The notes under the pieces are model-generated. The model did not search any database, had not been told where the DNA came from, and saw only the letters and a program-made list of their open reading frames with translations. Source: Styela clava (Eukaryota). From it: a stretch of DNA of 64,000 nucleotides. Shown one piece after another: positions 37,882 through 50,984 of this stretch (positions are counted from its first letter, which is position 1; the number at the start of each line of letters is the position of its first letter). The stretch covers positions 11,098,001 through 11,162,000 of the forward strand of contig NC_135252.1 in assembly GCF_964204865.1 (NCBI RefSeq). Direction: 5' to 3'. Position numbers and translations under genes: made by a program.

Positions 37882-38062
37882 CTTAGGAATAATTTTTCAT
37901 TCTTTATCAGGTCTATTTTTTGGTTCATTATGATTTGTTTTTCACTTTGAAATTTTGTGTGAAGACCTCCAAATCAATAAAACTTATTTTTGGTGGTTCT
38001 GCGATCTCGTTCTCTCGTTCTACGCGAAAGTTGAAAGTTTTGGACCGTACAGTACTGTAGGC

Positions 38063-39455
38063 CAGGGCTTCCCAAACTAGGGGCCGCGAAACGAATTTTA
38101 GGGGCCGCAACGAGAACACCAATTTTACAGTACCTTAAAGTACCTTATATACTGTATTTTTTTCAGACTCTTAATTCGAAATACAATTATTATACAAATA
38201 GTGTAAAACAAAGATTTCAAGATTCCGAGTGAATTCATTGTCTTCAATTTTCTTTCGAAAATAACACTTGGGCTTATTTTTGGAATAGAGAATAATGAGA
38301 TTTTTTATTATACAAAATATCACAGGTAAGATCAATTTAATCGTTCTTTTTTCCAGTGAAAGTAGAAGATATGGGTTGTTTGAAAGGTTCACGAATCACG
38401 AAATTTTGCAACATCCTAGCAAAATTGAAACGACGCACTTCCACGAGATTGACTCAAAAAAAAGTTGCGCTATCGACTAAGTCTTTTTTAAAAGCGAGAT
38501 CTTATATTGGATTTTTTTTTTAAATTCAGGCTTGGTCTTATATTCGGGGAAACACGGTAGAATGATCGCGCTTGCATAACAATGCATATTCTGATCGTGA
38601 AACCCGGTTTGCATAACAATGACGGCTTTAATCATTGGGTTAACGATTTCCGAAGACGATTTGCTAAGTGCGCCACGAAACATATTACACATCATATTTA
38701 TTCTAAATGTCTTATTGTTTAAAATGACGTGTTATGAATCAAAGTCATTTTGCCGTTCTATGTGTTTACTTTCTGTACGTAGGGTCTATTGTTACGTAAT
38801 ATAAGAGATACCCCTACATGATGCAATTTCGTATAGGCTGAAGTTTATTCATTTGCTGAACCAAGTTCATCAAACTTGAGTGATTTCTGCAGCATTTTAA
38901 AGAAAAACCAGGCAGAGATAAAAAAAAGAAACGTTAATTTTTTGTCTTTATTTCTCGGGCCTACATGAATAAAAACCTCAAAAGACAGTTAGTACATATT
39001 AACGATGACAAAATTGTGTTTTGTTTCGAGGCAGTATATTTTTCGTGTAGGTGCGCCATGAGTTTTTTCCCTGATAATTTGGCGTCGCACAAAATGCTGC
39101 TTTTTGCTAAGTTTGATCAATAGGAGTGAACAATTCGAGATAAGGACCATGCCGTCGGTAGCCAGACATCGTAATTCGTCATTTAGGCCTGTATAAACAA
39201 ACATACATTGAGCCTTGCTATGCAGAAAAAAGCATTTGTACCCATTACACTGAATAATCGAGAAACGTTAATCTGAATAAATATGTGCTTGTTTTTGTTA
39301 ATGAGTAGACATGTTAAAGTTAAGAAGTAGCTGTGCCAATAAAACATCAAAAATGCATAATTCGAACTGTTTGGCATTATTTAACGTGGACAAGGGACGC
39401 GAAAAATTTTAATATATTAAAAGGGGCAGCGAGCTCAAAAGTTTGGGAAGCCCTG
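38063..39455. mobile_element. Non-autonomous hAT DNA transposon
   Basis: Perfect 16-bp TIRs CAGGGCTTCCCAAACT / AGTTTGGGAAGCCCTG and a perfect 8-bp TSD CTGTAGGC (38055-38062, 39456-39463). Confidence 0.9.
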
Positions 39456-39583
39456 CTGTAGGCTATGTAAGGTAAGGTAGACTATTGCATAAGGTAAGGT
39501 AGACGACTGTTTCGCTTTTGCTTTTGTGTACATACATTTGAGCATCGCTCTTTTGTTTACTTCCAACAAAGATGCATTATAAG

Positions 39584-39990
39584 CAGGGATTCCATACTGT
39601 CTTTATTTTTAAGATTTGTTCTTATTTTTGACTTATTTTTAGCTTGCGTCCTTATTTTTGGCTTGCGTGTCCTTATTTTGTCTTATTTGGACTTCATAAA
39701 GTAAGCTTTGTGTTGTTTGTTTTATCGCCAAAGCTTTTTTTGTGCCACCATAAAAGCAACACAATCTTATTTGGAACACAAAAAAGCAAGGCACAGATAG
39801 GCATGAAGCATTGTTAGTGTGGCGATCCTTAGGTTTTGTCGTGGTGGTGGTTATTTTAGCCTAAATTTAAAAATGAGCAAAAGTAAGAACGTTTTTCGTG
39901 ATGAGTACGGGAAAGAATTCAAAGTCAAACGAAGCTTGAGGGGTGAGTGCTTCGCACACCGTGACGTCTGTAATTGTGACTTATAAGTTT
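39584..39990 (+). mobile_element. 5' fragment of a hAT-like element
   Basis: CAGGGATTCCATAC end, CTTATTT subterminal repeats and a short relic ORF MSKSKNVFRDEYGKEF..AHRDVCNCDL resembling a transposase N-terminal Zn finger. Confidence 0.35.
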
Positions 39991-40535
39991 TTTGATGCAT
40001 AACGAACAGGATACTAAAACTATATAGCTATATATAATATAACTATATATAAAATAAGAAAATTTAAAATATAATATTTATTGCATAATTATATTTCTAT
40101 TTATTTATCTGGCGGAAAACTTAAAAAGAAATTGGCTTTTATATTTAAAATATATAAGAATCATTGCAGCAAATCATAAAAGAACAGTAGTATTAACTGG
40201 TACGTGACCATAATTTTACTTAAACAGAACTTTATATAAAAATATAAAGATTTATATATAAACATAAAATTGCATTTGACGTACAAAATATACTTTACAA
40301 AAATCGTAATACTGAATTAATAGAAATATATAAAAAAAAAATGGTAGAATCGTCACAATAAAGCTATTGAATACTTCAATGTAACATTATGCAACTGATA
40401 TATTTGATTGTGCGGTGAATACTCGATTTAACTTGCTGTTGCTTTAATTGCTGTTGAGCTTATCTAATATACAAAAGCATTATCGAAAATCTGGAACGTA
40501 TTGCTTCTTCATGTTGTCGTTCCTTCAACTTGGAT

Positions 40536-42730
40536 TTAGGCTTCTGTAGATTCATGACGATCATCAGTGCTAGTAAAAATGAATAATTTCATGTCTCCGT
40601 AAACACAAGGATAATACAAACTTGAGACACACAGTTATATAATTTTATCGCCTTCCCAAATATCGTTGATCTGCGTATTATGCATGGAGTTTGGAAAATG
40701 GTCGCAATAGCTGTACTAGAATCTGAGTGCGTATTATCTATGGGTGCTTATTATACAAGAAGAAATACGGTATTTGGGAATGACACATAACACAAGTTAA
40801 AAATTTAATGACTGAGCAATAAGAACATATAGCAAATAAGATATCAAGTTTTGCCATACGCCATTCATCATCTTTCATTCATCGGGATAAATGAGAAAAT
40901 TTAGTCGTTAATAAACTTTGTGATCTACAATGAGGGATGAAAAATAGCACATAACAACTCATAATACAAATTGCTTAATAACTTCGGGTTCAATTTTTTT
41001 AAACATCACTTACACAGATATTGTTTCTTTCTCTGAAATGTCATCATCCTCGACGTCGGTTTGACCAGGAATTGATGACATAGACGTGACAATGGGATTG
41101 TCGTAACTGAGAGATAAAAATGATTTAACAAAGTTTAGTGATCACAAAAGTAAGAGCTATTGTTCCCAATACCAGTTCCCATAATTTCGTGTGTACCATG
41201 GAATTGCTGATCTAATTCAATCGTTCTCGCTTTTATGAGCAATCACTGACATTCATAACCTCTGACCTATTGCGACTTCCGTATTCACCGATGCACAAAA
41301 AGGTGGAGCCTGTGATTCTTTGCTCTAAAAGTTGACTTTAAATATTTGTTCTTTAAACTAATTTTGCTAATACTTTTATACTGCAAATCACTACTGTCTT
41401 AGACGGGAAGCATATGTTTTAAAATACACCTATTTTCAATTTTCAACCATACTTTACATCCCACTGATCATTAACCGTTGGCGCAATATTGTTTGAACTG
41501 CAAATAGAAAAAGGATATATACAACAATGAGTTGTCCTTTTGTATCGTTTGAATTCTTTTTCATGAAAGAAAACACAGATGTTTACAAAGCTCGAATATC
41601 AATGGTAAATTAAGATTCGCAAAGATGATGTTGTTCAATATTTTATCTTGACGGTTCCCAATGAAGGAAAGAATGTTTTCAGAGAAAATATTCCATTTGT
41701 TTTTTATTCGCGTTTGGTATTACAAATATTTTTTATTTATGAAGCACTATTGTAATGAAAATAAGCGAAGACATTGCTGATGCTCTTATACTAAAAATCA
41801 CCACTTTTTCGACTGGAAGCATTTGTTTTAAAATACATCTATTCAAATTTTCAACCTTACCTTGTGCTTGGATTCGTCTGGTTAATAACCGCTGTTGCTT
41901 GGTCATTGTTCGGGCTGTAAATAATAATTATATGTACAATGATCAGTCGTCCTTACATCGATGGATTTTTTTTTTGTGGAAGAAAAAGTAGATGTTGAAT
42001 TTACAAATGGTAAATTAGGATTCGCAGAGATGATATTTTTCAATATTCTATGTCAACGTTTGCCAACCGAGAAGAAATTTCTCCACGAGAGGATTTGAAT
42101 CTTTTTGATGAATTTGATTTTTTATTGCGTATAATATTTCGAATATTGTCAATTATTCAGAACCATTGTAATGTATATATAAGCGATTTAAAATATACAA
42201 ACGTCAGAGTGCAAGTTGCACGTTTCGCAAGCAAATGTCTCATTAAAGATTGAATAACAAATGAAAATGGAGTGTTTATGCGTAAGTTGGGGGAATTAAG
42301 AACTTAAAATAGACTAAGGGAGGAACATAATCTATCTGAAGAGACAAGTGAGAGAAAGCAGACAAAATAGTGAATCGGAGATGCATAGCATTCACTTCTG
42401 AACCACTGAGATGCAGAAAACAGGGGTTTATAAATGCTTCAAATGTTAACAAGTAAAATATTCCGAATGCTGAAACGTGACAAAACCCTAATCAAGCTTA
42501 ATTGAATATGTACCTTATCAATGTGAAAATAGTAGCTAAGAGTCAGGCTTTAAATTTTTCATAATGCTCGGTCGCATTAAAATTCAACTATCACTAGTAT
42601 GTTTTTGAGGTTTCGAATACTTAGTTTCATAAGTAAATGGACTTTTTCCTTTATATATTAAGGGAAGGAATTTTTCAAAAAATTCAAGAATAATCATATC
42701 AGTTTTATTTCAGAACCACGCGGGGATAAT

Positions 42731-42780
<50 letters not shown>

Positions 42781-45700
42781 TTTGAGTATAATATTCAATT
42801 GTATACTGTTTGTACGAAAATTGTCTCTGAAATATTTGCAAAAATAAGAAAACGCTGGAAAAAGGAGACATTGTCAATAACCAAAAAACTTTTCAACTTA
42901 CCCGACCCTGGTTTTTTCTTCACCACTGTGAAAACAAAAAAAGAATATATCGGCCATATATCATGAATGAAAAATAAATATTTGTTAGTTTAGGATACAA
43001 CCATTGAAATTTTGCCAAATATATAAAAACGTGAAGCGTTTAACTAATAGAGTTCATTGTTCTCCAGTTTTACCAGACGGTAATCAATCAACTGTATCTT
43101 TGAGAGTAGTCACAAGCATTCACTTTAATGTATGGTAGTTTTAAAACATGAACAACAACAACAACATAACGAGAATATCGGTGAGAGACCGAAGACTCAT
43201 CGATCGAAAGTCAGGGGATTCCCCAAAACAGCGCTCTTACTCCATAGTGACACCTTGTGTCCCACCACTAATTAAATAATAACTCGCTAATTATACGACA
43301 TAATTTATCCAAAATCAATAGACTTCTTGTACAACATATAATGAATACACATGCAAAATCTTGAGCAGATTCAATCTCGCTTTCGTGAGATATCGCGTGC
43401 ATCTAACAGACAAACAGACATACAGACAAACCGACAAACAGACAAACAGACAAAGAGACAAACAGACAAAAACCTATCAACATATTTACCGAATAAAATC
43501 GATAAGTAATAACAAAACGATCCAGTCCAATAATAAACAATGACAAGATTAGCAAATACCTAATTTTTCTCAGCATGGTTTATGAGAATAAGTATAATGT
43601 TAGTGTTAATAAAGATAGTGGTAAATAGAAAAGTTTTGGATTTAAATTTTAAAGTTAATTAGATATCACGATATGCATTTCACTCACCATTTTTTCAGAA
43701 GCAAGATTATCAAAATAATCACGACCAGAAACAATACAGTTGTGGTCACAATGAGTCCGACTGGTGAAGAATCATTCTCTGACAATATATAGTAGAATGT
43801 ATATTTAAATATAACGAACAAAATGAAGAATTTTGATATTTGATCAACTGCTGAAGCATTTATAATATTTTTATGCTCTTTGCCATGCCCGAATCATGAC
43901 ATTTGTCAAACATTATGTCTAATAAAAAAATCTGATTTGATTTTCAATGCAATGTAAGAATAACTTTGTTTCTAAGAAATGATACACGTGGACTTGTAAT
44001 CGTGTTTTGTGAGCCATTCGTTTGAACCAGGGTTACAAAACTTTTTTTTTTCATAGAAGGGCTGGACAAATACGTGAACTCACAAATGTGTGTCAGATCA
44101 ATGGAGCTGTCAGAAGGTTTTTGACAAACTTAAAAAGACGCTAATAAAGTAGCGTATGCTATAAAGTGTTTTTGGCAAATTGTTTTTGTCAGTGTGAATT
44201 GACTATTTAGCCTGTGAACATGTTTATGTCGGTTTCACAAATTTTCCCGGTCCCGAAAAACTTGTCATTTTTGAACATCGTCATCAGACGTTGTAGACAA
44301 TTAAATGAGTGATTTCAATCACATTTTCCTACTGCCAATGGAGGAATGAATACTAATGAGAACTAAAAAACATTTTTATAATATCGACAATTCAACTGTA
44401 TTTCAGAAAGTGGCCGAGCGTTGACGTTGAAGGCAACTGTTATGACATTCCAAAGTTGGATTACAAGTCGTGGGTTGTATATTGTACAAAAAATGAATAT
44501 CAGCGGAATAAATTTCTGAAACCGTTCTTTTCTTATGAAGACGTGGTTGCGCCCCTGGACGGATACTCGCTTTATAAAAACCAATGTCAATACGATATTA
44601 TCATTTGCAATATCCAGTAGCTTATTTCAATAGTAGTAACGTTAGCCCCGTTCAATTCTTTACTTTGTTCATTTCTACGATACATGGCAGCAAGTTGGCA
44701 GTAGAGAAACAATGACGCTACTGATTCTTTCTTCATAAATCGAACAATGCAATTGAGCAAAAACCGAAAAGTGATCATTATTTACATAAGCAGATTTCTT
44801 CAATTCATCTTTCATATTCGAATTAAGCGAAGTGCGGCGCGCTTGATTCAAACCACAGGACGTAGCTAAGAAACTGTATAGGTTTTGTTATATATCAATT
44901 TGTTTGAGAAACAGTTGAATGTATTTGATTTTTATTGTGATTTTGTTTGATCCGGCAACTTCTAATTTAATTTTATGTATACCATGTAAAAAGACATAAA
45001 CAACCTCACTTCGTATTGCCTGGAAGAACTGCATTTGAAACGATTGCTATCAACGGCACTCGGTACATTACTGATATGCATTCGAGATCATTACCTTTTA
45101 AGTCAATATGGATGTATATTTCGCGTGTTTTTATTCCATCTGCTACAATGGCTGCACATTCGTACACTCCGGACTTCGAATCCAATACAGATTTCGTAAC
45201 TGAGAGTACCGACTTCGATTTGTTTCCGGAATCCGGGTATGTTTGATATATTGTGAGCGAGGAATCTTTTTGGATTTGATCACCGTCTTTGTACCAGGCT
45301 ATCTGTTGACTAGTATCACTCGAAGAGCATTCTATTTCTGTTATTGGTAGAGCTCGATCGATCTTTATTGATTTTTCGCTTTCTGATAGCATTATGACAA
45401 AGTGTCCTAAAAATTGTTAATGATTTATAAATGTAGTTATTTATACTGCAAAAATTTTAGTACCTTTTTTTTGCGTGTAGATTAAAAGATGTTTCCGAGA
45501 GGAAACAGTCTGCCCAATTAAAATTGATAAATTGGTACATTCGGTACTTAACAATCTTCTATATTGAACAATATTGACCCATCGCCATTACTCGTATATT
45601 CGTTCGTTACTCTTAAAACTACGAACAACAATATATTGATGCATACCTTGGTAATTGATACTCCTAAAATCAGCTGTAGTACTATTGGTAACACTCTTAG

Positions 45701-48700
45701 TAGTGCCTATACCAGAGACAATGCAAGAATATTCTCCTTTAGGAACAGACTCATCGTGTGACAGAATCAAATTAGACAATACAGAAGTAATTGTTCCAGA
45801 TTGTAGTTGGAAAACATTTGATGATGAATCCGAGGTAATAAGTACGCCGTCTTTATACCACCCTAGCGTTGAAGATGATATATTTGGTGCTGAGCAAGTG
45901 AATATTGTAGCCGCGCTGTTGGACATCTCATCTATTTCTAAGTTTGTAGATTCTATTGATGAAAAATACACAATGAGCTTACTATAGTATAACCGAGCGT
46001 TTGAAGTTGATCGGAAAAAATACTACCGATTTAAACAATATTCAATTGGCATTTGACAATATTCAATCGATAACTAATGTAATCAGTCTCAATAAACCTT
46101 TACAATTTATTTGTAGAGTAGTCTTGATTTTATTGAATTGCGTCCTTCTATAATATATATATCATGATTGAACCATTTTGTCAACCATAATGACAAAACA
46201 AAATAACGAAATTTTTCAAGAGACATCTTAGACTAAACTTTAAAATTTAAAAAAGAAATTAAAACTGAGTATTTTTTGTCGATAAGATATAACGATGTGC
46301 GGAATTGCCATGAATGACAACTGGACAAGAACTAAATTTATCATATTTATTTTTGCTTCTACTATATATACCCAACATTAGTAAAAAAAAGATCTTGACA
46401 CTAACCTCCTGAAAAAACTTCCAGAATGACAATTTTTTCTGTATTGGCATGCGTAGTTCTTTTGCAAATATATTCACCACCAGCTGACGTTGTTTCCCCC
46501 GACCAGCCAGCTGCCTTCGATATAACGAGTGATTGCGAATATTGTTCGGGGCCAATACTTTGATAAACCGGTCTTTCAGAGTCGGTGTCAATTAATTTGC
46601 CATTGGTGTACCAAGAGAGTGTTACATCATCTTCGGAATAGCACGTAATGATGACGTCATGCTCCGGGTATTTGCCGGATATTATATTAACCTTGCTTAC
46701 ATCTGGGTCGAGATATAATGAGTAGACTCCTATTGCAACACATGATAAATATTATAAGAATAGTACAATATCATATTCCTTCGAGCTCTGTGTATCATAA
46801 AAAGAGCAAACAAACGATGAGTAGATAAATGAACTTGTTGTAATTTGCAAATAAATCGATGTTACAGAAAAAACATTTTAGCTGATGACAATAACAGTAT
46901 CACTTGGAGGGTATTAAATCGATACTTAAACTAAGATTGTAATAAAATGTTAGCTAGTATGCATGAGTATTCAGTCAGAGTCACGGTCATCAGCCATCCT
47001 TATTTGCAATATGCACAAAATTAATAAGCAGTAAATTATACGAGGTAAGGCTAAAAAGAAACGGGACTGACGTCACAGATTGCGCAACATGATTACCCAT
47101 CGGTAATCAACACTTTTGCAGTGTGGCGTAATATGTGTTCTTTGTTTAACAGCTGTTTTGACACAATATCGCAATTATTTTTGCTTTTCAGGATCCATAA
47201 GTGAATGTGATAAATTTTTTGTTGAAAAAAAAATGCTGTGCGAGGTCTGATTGAGTTTTTTTGCGATAGGGGGTTCAATTAAAGAATGACGACTGAGCAA
47301 AGAAGTAACATTAAATTTTGTGTCAAACTTGGGAAAACGGCGACTGAAACTTTGCAGATGTTGCCTGATGTTTATGGAGATTCTTCCATGTCCAGAACAA
47401 GAGTTTTTGAATGGCACAAGCGATTTGTGGAAGGCAGGGAGGATGATCCGAGGTCAGGGAGGCCTTGCACTTCCACTACTGATACAAACATCGAAAAGGT
47501 TTGGCAGTTGGTTCGCAGTGACCGTCGCTTAACAATTCGCGTCATTGCCAACGGAATGGGGATAGACAAAGAAACGGTCCGCAACATTTTGGTTGACACT
47601 TTGGGAATGCGAAAGGTGTGTGCCAAAATGATGCCAAAGGCTCTTGAGTTGACTGAGGAGCAGAAAGCTCAACGATTGAATGCATGCCGAGTTGACGTGC
47701 ATTTTTCCAAGTTTGACACAAAATTTAATGTTAATTCTTTGCTCAATCGAATTGAACCCCCTCAATTGAACCCCCTATCGCCAAAAAACCCAATCATACC
47801 TCGCACAGCATTTTTTTTTCAACAAGAAATTTATCACATTCACTTATGGATCCTGAAAAGCAAAAGTAATTGCGATATTGTGTCAAAACAGCTGTTAAAC
47901 AAAGAACACATATTACGCCACACTGCAAAAGTGTTGATTACCAATGGTTAATCGTGTTGCGCAATCTGTGACGTCAGTCCCGTCTGGTACATGAAAGACT
48001 CATATAAATACTCGCTTTTTCAAAAAGAACGCACACCAAAAAATAGCATTAAAGTTGAAATACCATCGTACACTAAATGATTCTATAGTATTTTACTATC
48101 AGGTTAATTAGTATAGCAATCTTTTGACCTTTACCGACTTAACACAAAAGTTATTTCATCTAACAAAATTTGTTTTACATAGAATGCAGAATGTACACAC
48201 AAAACCCGATATACAATGTAAATTATTTGTTAATTTGAAATTGTATTAACTATCACTATTCGACCTACCTTTAATTTCAATTTCAATTCTTTTCTTTTCG
48301 TCTACTTTTTGGTTAGCTGCAATGCATTCATATACCCCGCCTTCCGAAAATCCGACATCAATTAGTATGTTCAAAATGGTAGTTTTCGCTGAAATGTCTT
48401 GAAAAACTGACAGACTTTGATCCGTCGGAATAACTTCGCCTTCTTTGTACCAGTAGAGTGGAAGAGACTTAATATCGCTAAGTATGCATGATATCGATAA
48501 ATTATTGTCAACACTTTTGTCGAATATAAAATTTTCTTCTGGCGGATATACGAAGAGATGTATGGTCACTGTAATAGAAAAATATGACTTTAGATTGTTC
48601 GTAAACATTGTATTCTCGTGAATTTATAAATATATGCCCACACGTTACTCCTTACTGACGTTCATAAATGTATGCGTAAACCTGATCCTACAACAACAAA

Positions 48701-50984
48701 ACCACAGTCATTATAACGGTATTTCTAGGAATTATATTTCGGAAAAGTGAAAGTACTATTTATTCGGAAGTAAATCAAAATATTGGTGATGAATTTGATG
48801 GAGTCGTCGACAAAAATCATATGGATTGATATATGATAGGATATGAATGTTTATCTACGCTCACCAAAATCGGGAAATTCAAGACAAACTGTTCCCTCGT
48901 CTTCATTGTATATTTCTTTACAAGTAAAGCAGCCAGAATCTGACTTTGTCGCATATTTAACATCAAGTAGAGCCGACTGATATCCATTGATCATCGTATG
49001 GTTTTGATAAATAGATGAACTAGAATCAAAAGTCACTTCATCTTTATCATAATGCCACCACGACACGTCAATACTTTCCTTCGAATAACATAGAACATCT
49101 GTGGAGTTTGAAGTTGGTCGAGAAATAAGAGTAATATTGGACTTGACGTCTGTAAAATTCGATATTGTTAAAACAAATCTGCAATTTTAGCATTTTATAA
49201 GAGAAATAATAAATGTGTAGCCTGCGCTGAGTAAGATATGCAATTTTATTTCGAACCAATAGCGAAAAATTTCAATCATGTTGTTAAGGACATCGTATTT
49301 AATCTGTAACCGTTTCTAGCACTTACAGACAGAAATATTTTTAACTATCAACATAATAAACATGAGTTTAGTCTCTGAAAATAACGAATAACTTTTAGAA
49401 AAAAACTGATGTATTTGCAATTTCTTCTTTCGTTTTTCTCTCAAACCGGAAGCATTATACAACTTTCAGTAATATTAGATTAATATACGTGGCATTTGTT
49501 TTTAGTCCTCAGTTCATATATTTATTCAACTAGGGCGGTTAATACACAAATCAAATTATTTATGATTTTTAAGGTAATTCGAATATTTTTTGCAGTGTAT
49601 TATCTTTTCAATACAAAATAAATATTATACTAAGATACACTATTTACATTGCCATAACGAAGATTCGGTAAAGTGAAACAAGAAATTAATATATACCAAC
49701 GTGTCTGTTCTTGCCTTCCCAAGATAAGGGGCAGTGCGCTAAGCATGTCCGTCTACTTTCGATTGGACTTGTTGTACTCATAATTTTGAATGAATATTAG
49801 ACAATGTGACGAATTAATCATAAATAAGTCATTATTACAAGTTTGATGTTAGACCGCTACAACACGTACTTTTCGAAATCAGATTATCAAATAAAACAGC
49901 TAGATATCAGTAAAATTCCGACAAATAATGTCTTTTGATATCTCTGACTCATAATATATACCACGATTATACAACAACGAAAGTTTGAATAAACTTGCAA
50001 ACTCACCAGAAGACACCACAAACACAGTTATTTCATTTCCACAGATATTATTATTCATTTCCTTGCATGTCAAGTATTTTGGATGTATCGTTTCATTGTG
50101 TGAAACTGCCAACGAAGCTGGATAAGGTTCTCCTGTACTTATTTCATATATCTGATAGTAATTTCTACTGGTATCATTTTCCACCAAGTTGTTCCCTTCA
50201 TACCAAGCTACTTGTGATTCATTGGAACATGAGTAACATACAACAACTTGATATCGAGCTCCTCCGCCGACATCGAACTCAATATTTGTAATATTCGGGA
50301 AAATCACCAGTTCTGTAAAAAAGAATTGTTTACGGAAACGGTGAGTTGGCAGACAGTTACTTGAGATATGTTATTTATTATTATAGAATCTTTTTTTTAA
50401 TTGCACAATAAAAACTCGTAACACTTAAGGCAAGATTATCGACATCTGCTTGCTGCAAACAGAACTCAATTGTACATACATGCGGCATATATGTATGAAA
50501 TAAGTGTTGCTAAATACTGTATTATCGATTGTAATATGCAGAGTGCGGAAAAGGGGCAGGTTGTTTACCGTTTAAGGTGCTGAACCACTTCCCACTGCAA
50601 GCATGATATCCCGGAAAAAATTTTGCAGCGCTCGTAACTATTACATTACAATCGAACAAAAATGACATATAGTTTAATTTCTGACAATAATTCTAAGTAG
50701 AGTTTAAACAAAGGCATTTTTGCATATATACAAGTATAATAACTAGATGCATTGGGTATTCGAAAAAACACAATACAAAGAATTAAATATAGGTTGATAT
50801 ATGAAATCGTATTACAGTTACAACGTTTTGAGTCTTTATCGGTGCAGAATTTTTGAACATTCATATACGATGAAATGAACTCATTCATATACATTACTTT
50901 ACCTTTGTCTACTGCAAATGTATCTTCAGAATAGGTTTCATATAAAAAGACAGTAACTACAATAAGTAATTTTAAAATTTCCAT
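40536..50984 (-). CDS. Gene C: ~643-aa type I membrane protein with five Ig-like domains
   Basis: Leader 50903-50984 (MEILKLLIVVTVFLYETYS..). Ig exons 50007-50312, 48865-49149, 48269-48568, 45647-45952 and 45095-45406 (C..WYKDG..GxYxC). TM 43688-43778. Phase-2 tail exons 42902-42925, 41861-41914, 41453-41497, 41014-41106 (NYDNP) and 40536-40569. Total 1932 nt, in frame. Confidence 0.85.
42737..42776. repeat. (TA)n microsatellite
   Basis: About 20 TA units, seen directly. Confidence 0.9.
43180..43512. mobile_element. Helentron/HINE-like element with an ACAG/ACAA microsatellite
   Basis: Short inverted repeat ACTCATCGAT / ATCGATAAGT enclosing (ACAGACAA)n at ~43405-43470. The family assignment rests on structure only. 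Confidence 0.45.
47039..47983 (+). mobile_element. Mariner-derived foldback element with a truncated transposase (HTH region only)
   Basis: The ORF from 47286, MTTEQRSNIKFCVKLGKTATETLQML..MSRTRVFEWHKRF..RSGRP..LGMRKVCAK, is a mariner transposase N-terminus. The element starts TA|CGAGG. Arms 47061-47337 and ~47702-47983 are inverted copies, and the catalytic domain is absent. Confidence 0.9.
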
